Notes: generated by a model not told the origin, from the sequence alone. Shown: positions 20,127-30,881, numbered from the stretch's first letter. The stretch is 64,000 nucleotides of DNA from Candidatus Latescibacterota bacterium (GCA_965208835.1 OZ242358.1:4704001-4768000); one strand, 5' to 3'. Numbers and translations: made by a program.

Positions 20127-23011
20127 CTCGGCGGGGAACACGAATTCCCTTCCAGTTGCGGCCTGAGAAACTGACCGGTATATGACTCGCCGACCGCGGC
20201 CACGGCCTCCGGCGGGCCGGTGGCAATGACGTCGCCTCCGTTGTGTCCGCCCTCGGGGCCCAGGTCGATCACATAGTCGGCGGTCTTGATCACGTCGAGG
20301 TGATGTTCGATGACCACAACGGTATGCCCGGCGTCGACGAGGCCATTGAGCGCGTCGAGAAGCTTCTGGATATCCGCCAGGTGCAATCCGGTGGTCGGCT
20401 CGTCGAGAATGTATAGATTGTGTTTGCCGCGTTTGATCTTGCCGAGTTCGCTGGCGAGTTTGATGCGCTGCGCCTCTCCGCCGGAGAGGATGGTGGCCGG
20501 GTGGCCGATTTTCAGATAGCCCAGGCCCAGGTTGTCGAGCACGGCCAGTTTGTGGGCAATGAGGTTGTTTCCAGCAAAGAACGCGACACCCTCTTCAATG
20601 GGCATGTTCAGGACGTCGGCAATCGTCTTTTCCCGGTAGGTGACCGCCAGTGTCTCGTCGTTGTAGCGTGCGCCCTTGCAGGTTGGACAGGGTATGGAAA
20701 CGTCGGGCATAAAGGCGAAACTCGTCTTGATCTCGCCTTCGCCGGCGCACTCCTCGCAGCGGCCCCCCTTGACGTTGAAGCTGAATCGGGAGGCGGTATA
20801 GCCTCGTTCCCTGGCTTCGCCGGTGGATGCGAAACACTTGCGAATATTGTCGTAAAATCCGATGTAGGTGGCGGGATTGGACCGTGGAGACCGGCCGATG
20901 GCGGACTGGTCGATGTTGATGACGTCTCCCACGTGTTCGTGGCCTGAGAGCTCATCGTGATCGCCGGAAAAGACGCGGCTGTCGTGAAACAGGTTGTATA
21001 GTTTCTTGTAGAGCACTTCGTGAACGAGGGTGCTCTTTCCCGATCCGGACGCGCCGGTGATACACGTAAAGATCCCCAGCGGAATCTCGACGTCGATGTT
21101 GTTAAGGTTGTTCGCGCGCGCGCCTCTGATACGAATCACCCTGGCGTTCTTCTCGCGTCGCTGAGGGGGAACGGCGATTGTTATGCTCCCGCTCAGATAT
21201 TGCGCGGTTGGCGATTCCCGACACTTGAGAACGTCCCTGAAAGGACCTGCTGCGACAACGCGGCCGCCATGCACTCCGGGACCGGGACCCATTTCAATGA
21301 TGTGATCGGCGGAGCGGATGGTCTCCTCGTCGTGTTCGACGACAATGACCGTGTTGCCGATGTCTCTAAGGCGCCTCATGGTGCTGATCATCTTGACGTT
21401 GTCTTTGGGGTGCAGGCCGATACTGGGTTCATCCAGAACGTAAAGCATGCCCATCAGCCCCGAGCCGATCTGGGTGGACAGGCGAATGCGCTGGGACTCG
21501 CCGCCCGAGAGCGTGCCGGTAGGGCGATTAAGGTTGAGATAGTCCAGGCCGATGCCGATCAGGAGCTCGAGACGGGACGAAATCTCGTGGATGATCTGTG
21601 AGACCACCTCCTTCTGTTTCGCAGGGACGGCGAGCTCCGAGAGAAAGCAAAGCAGTTCCGGGAGATGCATTTCACCGAGACCGTGGATGTTGTGATTGTC
21701 AATTGTGACCAGAAGGCGCTGTTTCTTCAACCGCTCGCCGCCGCAGTCCGGACACCGATTCTCAACCATGGTCTTGCGCAGATAGTCTTCCATGCCCCCG
21801 TGCGCCACGCCCTTCTGCCTGTATCGGCGGTACTGGCGTTCGATCTGGTTGATGACGCCGTCGTAACGAAACTCGCGCCCGATGTATTTCGCGCCGACCT
21901 TGGCGTCCGGAGGCTGTTCGATGACCACGCTTTCGCCGCGCGTCCCGTAGAGAAGCAGGTCCCTTACGTCGTCGGACAGATCCTTGTATGGGGTATCGAG
22001 GTCGAAGCCGTATTTCCTGGACAGGCTGTAGAGGATGCGCCCGCCCCAGGTATTGACATCGTACTTCAGCGCTTCCTTTACGAACGCGCCCTCCCGCAGA
22101 CTGCGGTCCTTGTCGGGGGCGACCAGGTCGGGGTGCGCTTTGAGATAGGTACCGAGGCCGGAGCATGTCACGCAGGCGCCCGCAGGGTCGTTGAACGTGA
22201 ACATCCCGTGATGCATGCGGCCCGCGACGACGCGTGCGGAGGAGGCACCAAGCCTTCGGTGGAACGTATCGACCGCTGTCTTGCCGATATCGGAGAGAAC
22301 CCGGAAACTCAGGAACCCCTCGCCAATGACCTCGAGCCCGTGCGTGAGGGACGTGACGATCTGTTTGTCGAGGCCTTCGCGTACAAAAAAGCGGTCCACG
22401 ATCACTTCGATCCGGTAGTCTTCGTTTTCATCGAGATCGATTTCCTCGCTCAGGTCATTAGCCTCTTCGTCAATACGCACCCGGCGGTAACCCTTGGTGC
22501 GAACGTCGTCGAAGAGGTAGGCGTAGTCCTCGCCATAGATCTTGAGAACCGGTGCGCAAACTTCGACCTCCGCGCCGTCCGGCAGGGCGAGCAGGTTTTC
22601 CATCATCTGATGCGGTGTCCATACCTTGACTTTCTCGCCGGTGACCGGACATCGCGGCTGTCCGATATTTGCAAACAGCATTCGCAAATAGTCTGAGAGG
22701 TCCGTCATCGTCCCCACGGTCGAGCGGGGATTCTTCATCACGGTCTTCTGTTCAATGGACACGACCGGAGAAAGGCCGTTCACGAAGTCGACGTCGGGCT
22801 TCTTCAGCTGGGAGACGAATCGCCGGGCGAAGGTGGATAGCGATTCCATGAATCGCCGCTGTCCTTCGGCATACACGGTATCGAACGCGAGGGAGGATTT
22901 CCCTGAGCCGCTTACGCCGGTGACAACGACCAGCTTGTCGCGAGGGATTTCGAGTTGGATATTCCGCAGGTTGTTTTCGCGGGCGCCCTTGACTTCAATG
23001 GTGGATCTCAT
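20123..23011 (-). CDS. uvrA: UvrA family excinuclease ABC ATPase (possibly a second paralog)
   Basis: [80 protein letters not shown]. Confidence 0.92.
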   Translation of the reverse strand: MRSTIEVKGARENNLRNIQLEIPRDKLVVVTGVSGSGKSSLAFDTVYAEGQRRFMESLSTFARRFVSQLKKPDVDFVNGLSPVVSIEQKTVMKNPRSTVGTMTDLSDYLRMLFANIGQPRCPVTGEKVKVWTPHQMMENLLALPDGAEVEVCAPVLKIYGEDYAYLFDDVRTKGYRRVRIDEEANDLSEEIDLDENEDYRIEVIVDRFFVREGLDKQIVTSLTHGLEVIGEGFLSFRVLSDIGKTAVDTFHRRLGASSARVVAGRMHHGMFTFNDPAGACVTCSGLGTYLKAHPDLVAPDKDRSLREGAFVKEALKYDVNTWGGRILYSLSRKYGFDLDTPYKDLSDDVRDLLLYGTRGESVVIEQPPDAKVGAKYIGREFRYDGVINQIERQYRRYRQKGVAHGGMEDYLRKTMVENRCPDCGGERLKKQRLLVTIDNHNIHGLGEMHLPELLCFLSELAVPAKQKEVVSQIIHEISSRLELLIGIGLDYLNLNRPTGTLSGGESQRIRLSTQIGSGLMGMLYVLDEPSIGLHPKDNVKMISTMRRLRDIGNTVIVVEHDEETIRSADHIIEMGPGPGVHGGRVVAAGPFRDVLKCRESPTAQYLSGSITIAVPPQRREKNARVIRIRGARANNLNNIDVEIPLGIFTCITGASGSGKSTLVHEVLYKKLYNLFHDSRVFSGDHDELSGHEHVGDVINIDQSAIGRSPRSNPATYIGFYDNIRKCFASTGEARERGYTASRFSFNVKGGRCEECAGEGEIKTSFAFMPDVSIPCPTCKGARYNDETLAVTYREKTIADVLNMPIEEGVAFFAGNNLIAHKLAVLDNLGLGYLKIGHPATILSGGEAQRIKLASELGKIKRGKHNLYILDEPTTGLHLADIQKLLDALNGLVDAGHTVVVIEHHLDVIKTADYVIDLGPEGGHNGGDVIATGPPEAVAAVGESYTGQFLRPQLEGNSCSPPR

Positions 23012-23022
23012 CAATGGCCTCG

Positions 23023-23203
23023 GAACAAAACTACGAGACTACAAAACTACGAGACTACGAGACTACGAAGGAACGAAAGAGCAGGAATACACCAGACATT
23101 TTTCGCCTCTTCATCTCTTCGTCTATTCGTATCCTCGTTTTTTCGTATTTTCGCTTTCTCGTATTCTCGTCTATTCGTATTCTTGTCTATTTGTCTACTC
23201 GCC
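23023..23203. repeat. Inverted pair of degenerate 8-bp tandem arrays, same family as 13301-13434
   Basis: ctacgaga ctacaaaa ctacgaga ctacgaga ctacgaag gaacgaaa, then ~13 units such as tcttcgtc tattcgta ttttcgta ttctcgta ttctcgtc. Confidence 0.88.
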
Positions 23204-24118
23204 ATCGTAGTAATAGGCGGGTTCTTCAACTTCAATCCGGCTCTTCTCGGTCAGGTGAATGGGGCTCGAAAGCTTCTGGATGACTTCCTGCCCTACGAGC
23301 CATTCGCAGGCCGCTTCAAGGCCGCCTCCCTGGATCTTCTTCCGGAAATAATCGTTGATTTCCGAGAGTTTGCGTACTTCTGACGATTCCTCGAGGTAGT
23401 CCAGCAGCGGGAGAAAGAGGTCCGGCGTCCTTTCCTGGAGATAGCGGTTGACCAGATCGAGTACACGTTTGACGGATTCGTGGGTCTTGGGTTGATTTAC
23501 AAAGTCCGTGTAGACGGCGTTGAACAACTCCGGATTGTACCTGAGCGCCTGATGGACCACTTCCCGGCCCGGCGCCTCGTTGTGAAGGAGCACCTGGATC
23601 GATGCGAGATCCCGCACGACCTGCATGAGCCACCAGAAGCTGTACTCGAAATCCTTCTTCAGGTAGAAGTACTTTTCCGCTTTGTTGAGCGACGGTATCA
23701 GAAAGATCGCGTGTCTCAACAGCTGGAATGACCGGTCCCGGGTTCCGATGTGATCGATGGCATCGTACCACTTCGCCACGGAATCGTCTTTGGTGAAAAG
23801 AAGCGTGCTCTTCGAAAACGTAAAGTCCAGCCACCCGCCGGCGAGGTCGCCTTCGATTCGGCGTTTGAAGACGCCGCGGGGAATGCGTTGCGCCTGGATG
23901 TTGACGTCGTCTTCACAAAGTGTTACATGTCCTTCTTTCACCCCATCCTGCATGATGATCCACAGATCGATATCCGAGTTCACCCAGACTTCGTCGTAGG
24001 ACAGACTCCCGAACAGAATCGCAGCGAGTACCGTCCGGTCGTTTTCGAGTTTTCCGACCAGAGACGAAAGCGCGCCCCGGTAATGTTTCCGGATTTCATC
24101 AGGCGTCGCAGCAGACAT
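23195..24118 (-). CDS. Pol-beta-like nucleotidyltransferase domain protein
   Basis: LFGSLS...SDIDL (GS...DxD) followed by a helical domain. Confidence 0.75.
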   Translation of the reverse strand: MSAATPDEIRKHYRGALSSLVGKLENDRTVLAAILFGSLSYDEVWVNSDIDLWIIMQDGVKEGHVTLCEDDVNIQAQRIPRGVFKRRIEGDLAGGWLDFTFSKSTLLFTKDDSVAKWYDAIDHIGTRDRSFQLLRHAIFLIPSLNKAEKYFYLKKDFEYSFWWLMQVVRDLASIQVLLHNEAPGREVVHQALRYNPELFNAVYTDFVNQPKTHESVKRVLDLVNRYLQERTPDLFLPLLDYLEESSEVRKLSEINDYFRKKIQGGGLEAACEWLVGQEVIQKLSSPIHLTEKSRIEVEEPAYYYDGE

Positions 24119-24436
24119 CGATAACCCCTTCAACGCTACATTTATGAACGCGAGAGAACACATGATATACGCAGGTACAAATCAGGTGTCAAGGTCAATT
24201 CCCGGAATTCACCGGCATCCGTCCCGGGAGCGAAAATTCGCTTGTAGACAAAGAATCTGACAATCAGCCGGATGATCACATGTCTGTAACTCAGGGCTTT
24301 CAAACCGGTGTATTCCAACACGCTGCTGCAACCTTGACGGGATATCAAATCCTACGAAAATCGTCGTGCAGTCTTTCGTTCCCAACAACCGGCGCTCGCA
24401 TCAGGCCGCTTTCCACCACATCCGACGGAGGAACCG

Positions 24437-26842
24437 ATGTTTCATCAAATCCGGTCATGGGGTCCGACTGTCGTCCTGTTGATCTGTCTGCTTGCGGCAT
24501 CCGGCGCAGCGTCCGCCGGCGAGTTCAGACTCACGATTCTGCACAACAACGACGGCGAGTCCCAGTTGATAAACGCCGGCGACGGCCTGGAAGACTTCGG
24601 CGGCGTGGATCGATTCAAAACCGTGGCAGATCAGCTCAAAGCCGAAGCGCGGATGGACGGCGGCGTACTCATGGTTTCATCGGGCGACAACTTCCTCGCA
24701 GGCCCCGAATTCAACGTCAGCCTCCGGCTCCCCGAATCCGCCCCCTTCTACGACGCCCTTGCGATGGACCTGATCGGGTACGATGCCGTATGCATCGGCA
24801 ACCACGACTTCGACTTCGGACCGGACATTCTGGCGAGGTTCATCTCCGGCTACAGTCTCACCCGCCCGCCATATCTCAGCGCCAACCTGGATTTCGGGGA
24901 TGAACCGGAGCTGGCAGGCCTCGTCGCTTCCGGCCAGATTGCCGGGAGCGCGGTCGTCAGTGTCGACGGCGAACATATCGGCATCGTGGGCGCCACCACA
25001 CCGGACCTGGCGTTCATATCCAGCCCGCGAAACGTGAGAGTGGACGGCCGGCTGCGGGAAGCCATCCAGGCCGAGGTGAACGGTCTGGCGCGACGCGGCG
25101 TGAGAATCATCGTCCTGATCAGCCACCTCCAGTCCATTGACAACGATCTGGAGCTCGTCCGGGAATTGCGGGGCGTGGACGTGGTGATTGCGGGCGGCGG
25201 CGGCGACATCCTGGCAAACCCCGGCACGCGCCTGATTCCCGGCGACGAAGTCGAGATTTCAGGACCTTACCCCATACTCGAACAGGACGCGGACGGAAAC
25301 GACGTCCACGTTGTCACCACTGCGGGGAACTATCGGTACGTCGGCCGGTTCGTAGCCAGTTTCAATGCTGCCGGCGTGATTACGTCAGTCGACCGGGACG
25401 CCAGCGGCCCGGTGCGTGTGGCGGGCGGCGGCCAACCGGATGCCGTGGTCCCGGACGCCGATGTCCGGAACCGGGTCGTCCGCCCGGTCAGCGATGCCCT
25501 TGCCTCCCTGGCTTCAAATCAGGTGGGAACGTCGGAAGTTGTACTCGACGGCGTAAGAAGCAGAATTCGGACCAGGGAGACCAACGAAGGCAACCTGGTG
25601 GCCGACGCCCTCCGATGGCAGAGCGCACAGCTTGCGTCGGCGTTCGGCGTCCCCGTTCCACAAGTGGGCATCGTGAACGGAGGGGGAATTCGCAACGCCA
25701 GCGAAATTCCCGTCGGGGCGATATCTGAACTCACGACCTTCGACATGCTGCCGTTCCCCAACTTCGTCACCGTCGTGCCCGCCGTTCCCGCAGCGCAATT
25801 CAGGGAAATCATGGAGAACGCGGTCTCGAAGGCAGAACGCACCTCTGGCCGGTTCGCCCAGATTTCGGGCTTCACGATGGTCTGGAATCCCGATGGCTCC
25901 GCTCAGGAACTGGATGAGAGTGGGAGCGTGACAAGAGGCGGCAGCCGTATCGTGGCGATCACTCTGGACAACGGCGCCGGCATCGTCAGAAACGGAAACG
26001 TCGTATCCGGCGCGCCGGACATTCACGTGGCAACAGTTGACTTCCTCGCCAGGGGCGGTGACCAGTATCCCTATCGGGGCGCCCGCTTCACGCGTCTGGA
26101 CGTAACCTACCAGCAGGCGCTGGCCAACTTCATCAGGGAAGGCCTCGGCGGCCGCATCACGGCGGCGGCATATCCGGAAGGTGGGCAGGGCCGGATTACC
26201 ACCGGGCAGCCGAAACATGCGGACGAGTCGAACGTCGCGAACCGCTCTGTCGCGCACGTGTTCCTGACGCGGGACGGCGGGCCAATACCGAACGTACGGG
26301 TTGAATTCTCACGTTCCGTCTCCGGCCGCGCGAGGGACTACCGGTGGAAAGGCACAACCGACGCCGATGGCGGCGCCACAATAGAAATCCGATCTGAAGG
26401 TCGCCAAAGCGTCTCGGGCTACTACGCGGTTCGTGCGGTGGATATCGCGGGCAATACGATCTCCAGATGGGAGAGCGTCCCGATCAACAGCGGGCGGGAA
26501 ATCACGCTCCTCCTGCCGGTGGGTGGCGTCGCCCGCGTCAAGGCGGAACAACTGCTCGCTCCGGAGACCCTGGCGCTCTACCCGAACACACCCAACCCGT
26601 TCAATCCTTCCACCCTGATTACCTACCGGCTCCCGGAGCCCGGGCAGGTCAACCTCACGATTTACAACCTGCTGGGCCAGCAGGTCCGGGTTCTGGTACA
26701 GGATCATCAGAGCCAGGGCCGGTACGAGGTCCTGTGGGACGGAAGGGACGGGTTCGGAAGCTTCGTCTCCAGTGGCGTCTATTTCTATCGACTCGGGCAT
26801 CCAGGCGGCGTACTAATCAACCGCATGCTCCTGGTCAAATAA
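24437..26842 (+). CDS. Secreted 5'-nucleotidase/metallophosphoesterase with C-terminal FlgD-Ig/T9SS-like domain
   Basis: Signal peptide; LHNND, SGDNF, GNHDFD, ISHL, NGGGIR, LPFPN, GRFAQISG, FLARGGDQY; YPNTPNPFNPST...IYNLLGQ...SSGVYFYRL tail. Confidence 0.88.
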   Translation: MFHQIRSWGPTVVLLICLLAASGAASAGEFRLTILHNNDGESQLINAGDGLEDFGGVDRFKTVADQLKAEARMDGGVLMVSSGDNFLAGPEFNVSLRLPESAPFYDALAMDLIGYDAVCIGNHDFDFGPDILARFISGYSLTRPPYLSANLDFGDEPELAGLVASGQIAGSAVVSVDGEHIGIVGATTPDLAFISSPRNVRVDGRLREAIQAEVNGLARRGVRIIVLISHLQSIDNDLELVRELRGVDVVIAGGGGDILANPGTRLIPGDEVEISGPYPILEQDADGNDVHVVTTAGNYRYVGRFVASFNAAGVITSVDRDASGPVRVAGGGQPDAVVPDADVRNRVVRPVSDALASLASNQVGTSEVVLDGVRSRIRTRETNEGNLVADALRWQSAQLASAFGVPVPQVGIVNGGGIRNASEIPVGAISELTTFDMLPFPNFVTVVPAVPAAQFREIMENAVSKAERTSGRFAQISGFTMVWNPDGSAQELDESGSVTRGGSRIVAITLDNGAGIVRNGNVVSGAPDIHVATVDFLARGGDQYPYRGARFTRLDVTYQQALANFIREGLGGRITAAAYPEGGQGRITTGQPKHADESNVANRSVAHVFLTRDGGPIPNVRVEFSRSVSGRARDYRWKGTTDADGGATIEIRSEGRQSVSGYYAVRAVDIAGNTISRWESVPINSGREITLLLPVGGVARVKAEQLLAPETLALYPNTPNPFNPSTLITYRLPEPGQVNLTIYNLLGQQVRVLVQDHQSQGRYEVLWDGRDGFGSFVSSGVYFYRLGHPGGVLINRMLLVK

Positions 26843-26901
26843 CGATCGGCACTGACCTGACGCGCAGTCGAAAATCCGGCTGCTTTCCGCCCTCCGTTCT
26901 C

Positions 26902-26930
26902 TTGACGGAGCCGTCCGTTTCCGGTATATT
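26902..26930 (+). promoter_or_regulatory. Sigma70-like promoter upstream of RAPP leader ORF
   Basis: TTGACG-17bp-TATATT; predicted start site coincides with ATG at 26937. Confidence 0.6.
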
Positions 26931-26936
26931 TTCGGG

Positions 26937-27260
26937 ATGGATCCCGGTAAGTCCTGTACTCTTCCGGAGACGGTAGGGATGTTTTTTTCCTACAGACGGA
27001 GTCGCCCTGTTGTCGTTTTCGCGCTGGCGATATTCACGGGCTACCTGGTGTGTTTTCTACTTGCCGCCTTCCCCGGACACGTTCACGATCACGATCAGCA
27101 ATGTACTGTCTGCGCCTGGTTCAACAACCTGAGCATTAATCTGCCTGCAGTACTGGTCTTGCAACTATGCTTTCTGTATTTCAGGCAAGGGTTTTTCTCG
27201 TTTCGTTCCCCTCTCTCTTCTCTCCTTCTGCCGGACGGACGCGCACCTCCCGTGTCCTGA
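26937..27260 (+). CDS. DUF2946/CruR/CutF-like leader peptide (TM segment, His-rich CxxC, C-terminal RAPP); alternative start 26979
   Basis: Hydrophobic segment, HVHDHDQQCTVC, terminal GRAPPVS. Confidence 0.72.
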   Translation: MDPGKSCTLPETVGMFFSYRRSRPVVVFALAIFTGYLVCFLLAAFPGHVHDHDQQCTVCAWFNNLSINLPAVLVLQLCFLYFRQGFFSFRSPLSSLLLPDGRAPPVS

Positions 27261-27439
27261 TCCATCCTGGTGTCCTGTCCCGGAAATTCCTCACAATTCG
27301 ACAGCCGATTCATCCCGTATCGCTGCGTTCCCCTCGCTCGACGACCTTACGCAGGTCGCCTGCGCTCCGGCGCTGGTTTCTGAGCCTGTAGAAGGATGCG
27401 AGCCGGACGACTCAGCTGTCGAATTCAGGCAACTTAATT

Positions 27440-27496
27440 CCTGGACAGAACACTGGCGTGTCTTCCTGACACGTCTTCCGTATTTCCAGGTTTTTT
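27440..27496 (+). terminator. Possible attenuator/terminator in lipoprotein leader
   Basis: CCTGGA...GCGTGTC-ttcct-GACACGT...TCCAGG followed by T6. Confidence 0.35.
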
Positions 27497-27762
27497 CAAA
27501 CAGGTCGTTCCAGGTCGGCCCTGGCTCGATTCCGCATGCAGAAATGTGGATCGGTTCTGCTCGCGGATAGACTCTCGGGACCGCGTATTGCGCCGTCCCG
27601 CCCCTCACCGGGTTAGGCTACATCCGCAATGGCGGAAAATCAGCCCGGCGATTTGGCACTTATCGCCAGCATGCCGGCAAATCCGCAGTTCCTTTACCGC
27701 GCCGGCGGATGCTCACGCGAGAATCGGGGCGAAGTGAGATTCCGGTACACAGGAGAACATTA

Positions 27763-29016
27763 ATGTTCAGCATGCTGAAGATGAAAACAACCAATCGATT
27801 GATTGCAACGGCGGCGGTTCTTGCCGTGTTCGCGTCCGGTTGTGGAAAAGAAGACCCCATTACGCAACAGGAAGAACATTATGAAGCTGAAGGCCTCGTC
27901 CTCCTCGACTCCGGCCAGCGGTTCTTCCGATATTTCCAGGGCAGGATCGACTCGGGCGATGGTCGTGCGGAAGCTTTGGACGTCGCCCATGGCGAAGTCA
28001 CCAGCAAGTGGAGCATTCGCTTCCTTGACAAAGACGGAAACGAAATGGCGCCCCCCACTGGCGAGGGTTTCAGTTTCACGTGGGAAATCGCAGATAAGGA
28101 TATTGTGGAAGTCGTCCAGGACGCGGCCGAGGTGGGCAAATTCGTCTTCGCCCTGCGCGGCCTCGAAGATGGCGAAACCACCATCAAGCTTCAGATTGCG
28201 CACGAAGGTCACATCGACTTCACCACGGTGCCGCTGCCGGTACACGTGGGAGGAGAGTTCGAGGCGGAAGGGCTCGTCATTATCGAATCCGGCGTTCGAT
28301 TCTTCCGTTACTTCCAGGGCGAAATCGACTCTGGCGAAGGTCGGGTTTCGGAACTCATGGCGCCGATCGGCATGACGCCCCACTGGCGCATCATGTTTCT
28401 GGACGAACACGGCGATGAAATAGATCCGCCGGACTATCCCGAATTCACGTTCGGCTGGACCATCGCCGACCCCGACGTCGTCGAAGTCGTCCAGGACGAG
28501 GGTGACGAAGGTTTATTCGAGTTTCACCTGCGCGGCTTGAAGGGGGGCGAAACCACCATCGTGTTGAAGGTCGAACACGATGGACACACGGATTTCAGCA
28601 CCCAACCCATTCCCGTACACGTGGAGTCACAGGAGGGCCAGCACGGCGAACCCGCGGGCTTGCGGCTTAAGGAAGAAGACAGCGGTGAAGTGCTGGTAGA
28701 GGCGCCCGTGGCGGGAGAAGGCACAGCCGGCGATGCGCTGTCGGTCGCCGTTGGTGACACAACCGACCACATCGCGACGTTCTTCTTTGACGAAGACGAC
28801 GTGGAGTTCCAGCCGGAAGCGCCCGATCACACGCTGGGCATCGCGGTGGCCGACACCTCGTTGCTTGCCATCGATCCGCCCGCAGCGCCCGAATACTGGG
28901 CGTTCAGACTCATCGGCAAAAAGGCCGGCACGACCACCATAACGCTTTCCATTCTCCACGACGGCGAGGAGGAAGAAGAATTCGCGCCCATTTCGGTGGC
29001 GATCACCGCACAATAG
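27763..29016 (+). CDS. Acidic lipoprotein with three ~120-aa Ig-like repeats, putative metal-binding
   Basis: RBS AGGAG; lipobox FASGC; repeats EAEGLV..SG.RFFRYFQG...GETTI.L...H(E/D)GH.DF. Confidence 0.8.
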   Translation: MFSMLKMKTTNRLIATAAVLAVFASGCGKEDPITQQEEHYEAEGLVLLDSGQRFFRYFQGRIDSGDGRAEALDVAHGEVTSKWSIRFLDKDGNEMAPPTGEGFSFTWEIADKDIVEVVQDAAEVGKFVFALRGLEDGETTIKLQIAHEGHIDFTTVPLPVHVGGEFEAEGLVIIESGVRFFRYFQGEIDSGEGRVSELMAPIGMTPHWRIMFLDEHGDEIDPPDYPEFTFGWTIADPDVVEVVQDEGDEGLFEFHLRGLKGGETTIVLKVEHDGHTDFSTQPIPVHVESQEGQHGEPAGLRLKEEDSGEVLVEAPVAGEGTAGDALSVAVGDTTDHIATFFFDEDDVEFQPEAPDHTLGIAVADTSLLAIDPPAAPEYWAFRLIGKKAGTTTITLSILHDGEEEEEFAPISVAITAQ

Positions 29017-29106
29017 CAGGAAGCACGGCGGGAGGGCGAGGCTGCGCTTGCTCGCCTCTCATAGCCGGCTTCACCCGTCGGCGCTGCGCGCCCCTCGTGC
29101 CTCTTA

Positions 29107-29161
29107 ACCGCCACTTTTTCGCTCGCTCTCGGGAACTCACCGGTAATTTTAAAACAGCTTC
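29107..29161. repeat. Partial copy (right end) of the MITE at 33816-33977
   Basis: 54/55 identical to 33923-33977, including the terminal inverted repeat. Confidence 0.85.
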
Positions 29162-29908
29162 TTAGTTTTTTCCGAGCATCGCCCGCCGCATCACCCGTTC
29201 TACAACGCGTGGAAACAGGGTACCCAGAACAGCCGCCGTACGGTTTCCGAAACCCGGGACAAGCAGACGCCTTCTCTTCCCGATGCCCCGATGGATGGCA
29301 TCTGCCAACGTTTCCGGCGGCATGCGTTTTTCCTCCCGCGAGTTATCAGGGCTGTACCGACGGGCATGGGCGGTGCGTGTCGGTCCCGGAAAGACCGTCA
29401 TGACGTGTATGTCACGCGGAGCGAGCGCAACCGAGAGACTTCGCGCGTACGACGCCAGCCCGCTCTTGGTTGCCGCGTACGCCGCGGCGCCAGGATAGCA
29501 TACGTAGTGCGAGAGTGACGAAATGAAAACCAGGGACCCGCCGGAGACAATGCGGTCGGCCTCCAGCAACCTCGCCGTCAACAACAGGGGCGCCTGGAAG
29601 TTTACCGCGACCACCTTCTCCTGATCCTTCAATCCCACGCGGGGAAACCGCCCCACGGCGTTGATACCCGCGTTGTGTACCAGGACGTCGATCGGATCCA
29701 TCGAGCCCAGTTCATCGTGAACACGCGCAATGCCAGCATCCGTACTCAAATCGGCCAACACAAACCTGGCCCCCATTTCCGGCTGGAGATCGGCGGCGCG
29801 TTTCGCGTCCACGTCCACACCGGTCACGGAATATTCCGCGCGAACGAGCCTGCGTGCGAGCGCCTCGCCGATTCCATTCGCCGCCCCGGTTATGACCGCG
29901 TGTTTCAT
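29162..29908 (-). CDS. SDR family oxidoreductase
   Basis: ITGAANGIG, HNAG, YAATK; ATGA overlap with upstream SDR. Confidence 0.88.
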   Translation of the reverse strand: MKHAVITGAANGIGEALARRLVRAEYSVTGVDVDAKRAADLQPEMGARFVLADLSTDAGIARVHDELGSMDPIDVLVHNAGINAVGRFPRVGLKDQEKVVAVNFQAPLLLTARLLEADRIVSGGSLVFISSLSHYVCYPGAAAYAATKSGLASYARSLSVALAPRDIHVMTVFPGPTRTAHARRYSPDNSREEKRMPPETLADAIHRGIGKRRRLLVPGFGNRTAAVLGTLFPRVVERVMRRAMLGKN

Positions 29909-30648
29909 CTCGCCCGCCATCGCATCAGGGCTTCGATTGCGCCTTCGCAATAACGCCCGCAGAACCTCAGGGAACTGTTTCTCAAGCCGATTGTCACGAC
30001 GGATCGTCGCCCGTCGATCGCCCGCGCGATCCGCCGGGCGACGCGTTCCGCCGGCGGGAAGGGTCTGGATTCCTCGTCCTGCCATCCTGACTTTCGATGA
30101 ATGCCCGTTTGCGTCGCCCCCGGGTGTATGACCTGGACGGTCACATCGCCCTCTGCGCGCAGATTGCGCCCGAAGACATCGAGCGCCTCCTTGGTCGCCG
30201 CATACACTGCGAATTCGGGACACGGGAATGCGTGGGCGATGGAGCCAATGAGTACGTGTTTGCCCCGCACATTGTTCACAAATGGTACAAGCGCATGGGT
30301 CAGACGCAACGGCGCCAGAAGATTGACGGCCAGGATTGTTCGAATGTCTGCTTCGGTCTGATTGGCGACGGAACCGTAGTATCCCGTCGCCGCATTCTGA
30401 ATTGCCAGATCCAATGCATCAATTCTCCGCGATCTCAGAAACGAACACACTCTTTCCGCGCAATCCGCCTCCGACAAGTCCGCCTCGCAATACGTCTTGT
30501 CGCTGTAGAGCCCGCATTCAAACGAATCCAGCGCGCGCCTGCCCACCAGCACCAGCCGCTCACCACGCCCGCGATAGATTTCGGCAAGCGCTCGGCCGAT
30601 ACCATCCGTCGCACCGGTAATCAGCACGGTTTTTCTTACCCGGGCCAT
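29905..30648 (-). CDS. SDR family oxidoreductase
   Basis: ITGATDGIG, QNAA, YAATK, IHPG. Confidence 0.88.
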   Translation of the reverse strand: MARVRKTVLITGATDGIGRALAEIYRGRGERLVLVGRRALDSFECGLYSDKTYCEADLSEADCAERVCSFLRSRRIDALDLAIQNAATGYYGSVANQTEADIRTILAVNLLAPLRLTHALVPFVNNVRGKHVLIGSIAHAFPCPEFAVYAATKEALDVFGRNLRAEGDVTVQVIHPGATQTGIHRKSGWQDEESRPFPPAERVARRIARAIDGRRSVVTIGLRNSSLRFCGRYCEGAIEALMRWRAR

Positions 30649-30881
30649 CAATTGCCCTTCCTTCGTCGCGCCCGTGCCCTAGTGGGTGTGTCGCGAACAG
30701 CCCCGGTCTGGGTCTGTACTGGAATGACCGTCCCATCCATGTCTTGCTCTGAGGCGGGCTAGATCTTATCTTTTCCCGATCACGGATTAACAGCGCAGCC
30801 GCCCGGTACAATTGACACCCTCCATTGGCAGCGGAAACCGGGAACACTATCGGAGGCGACGCGGAGTGACGAGACGAGACA

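Noticed and set aside
13301-23203. 8-mer arrays as CRISPR arrays
   Set aside because: Units are 8 bp and contiguous, with no unique spacers and no cas genes
29909-30223. N-terminal extension of the SDR ORF in the track
   Set aside because: Overlaps the upstream SDR; the ATGA-coupled start at 29908 fits the family
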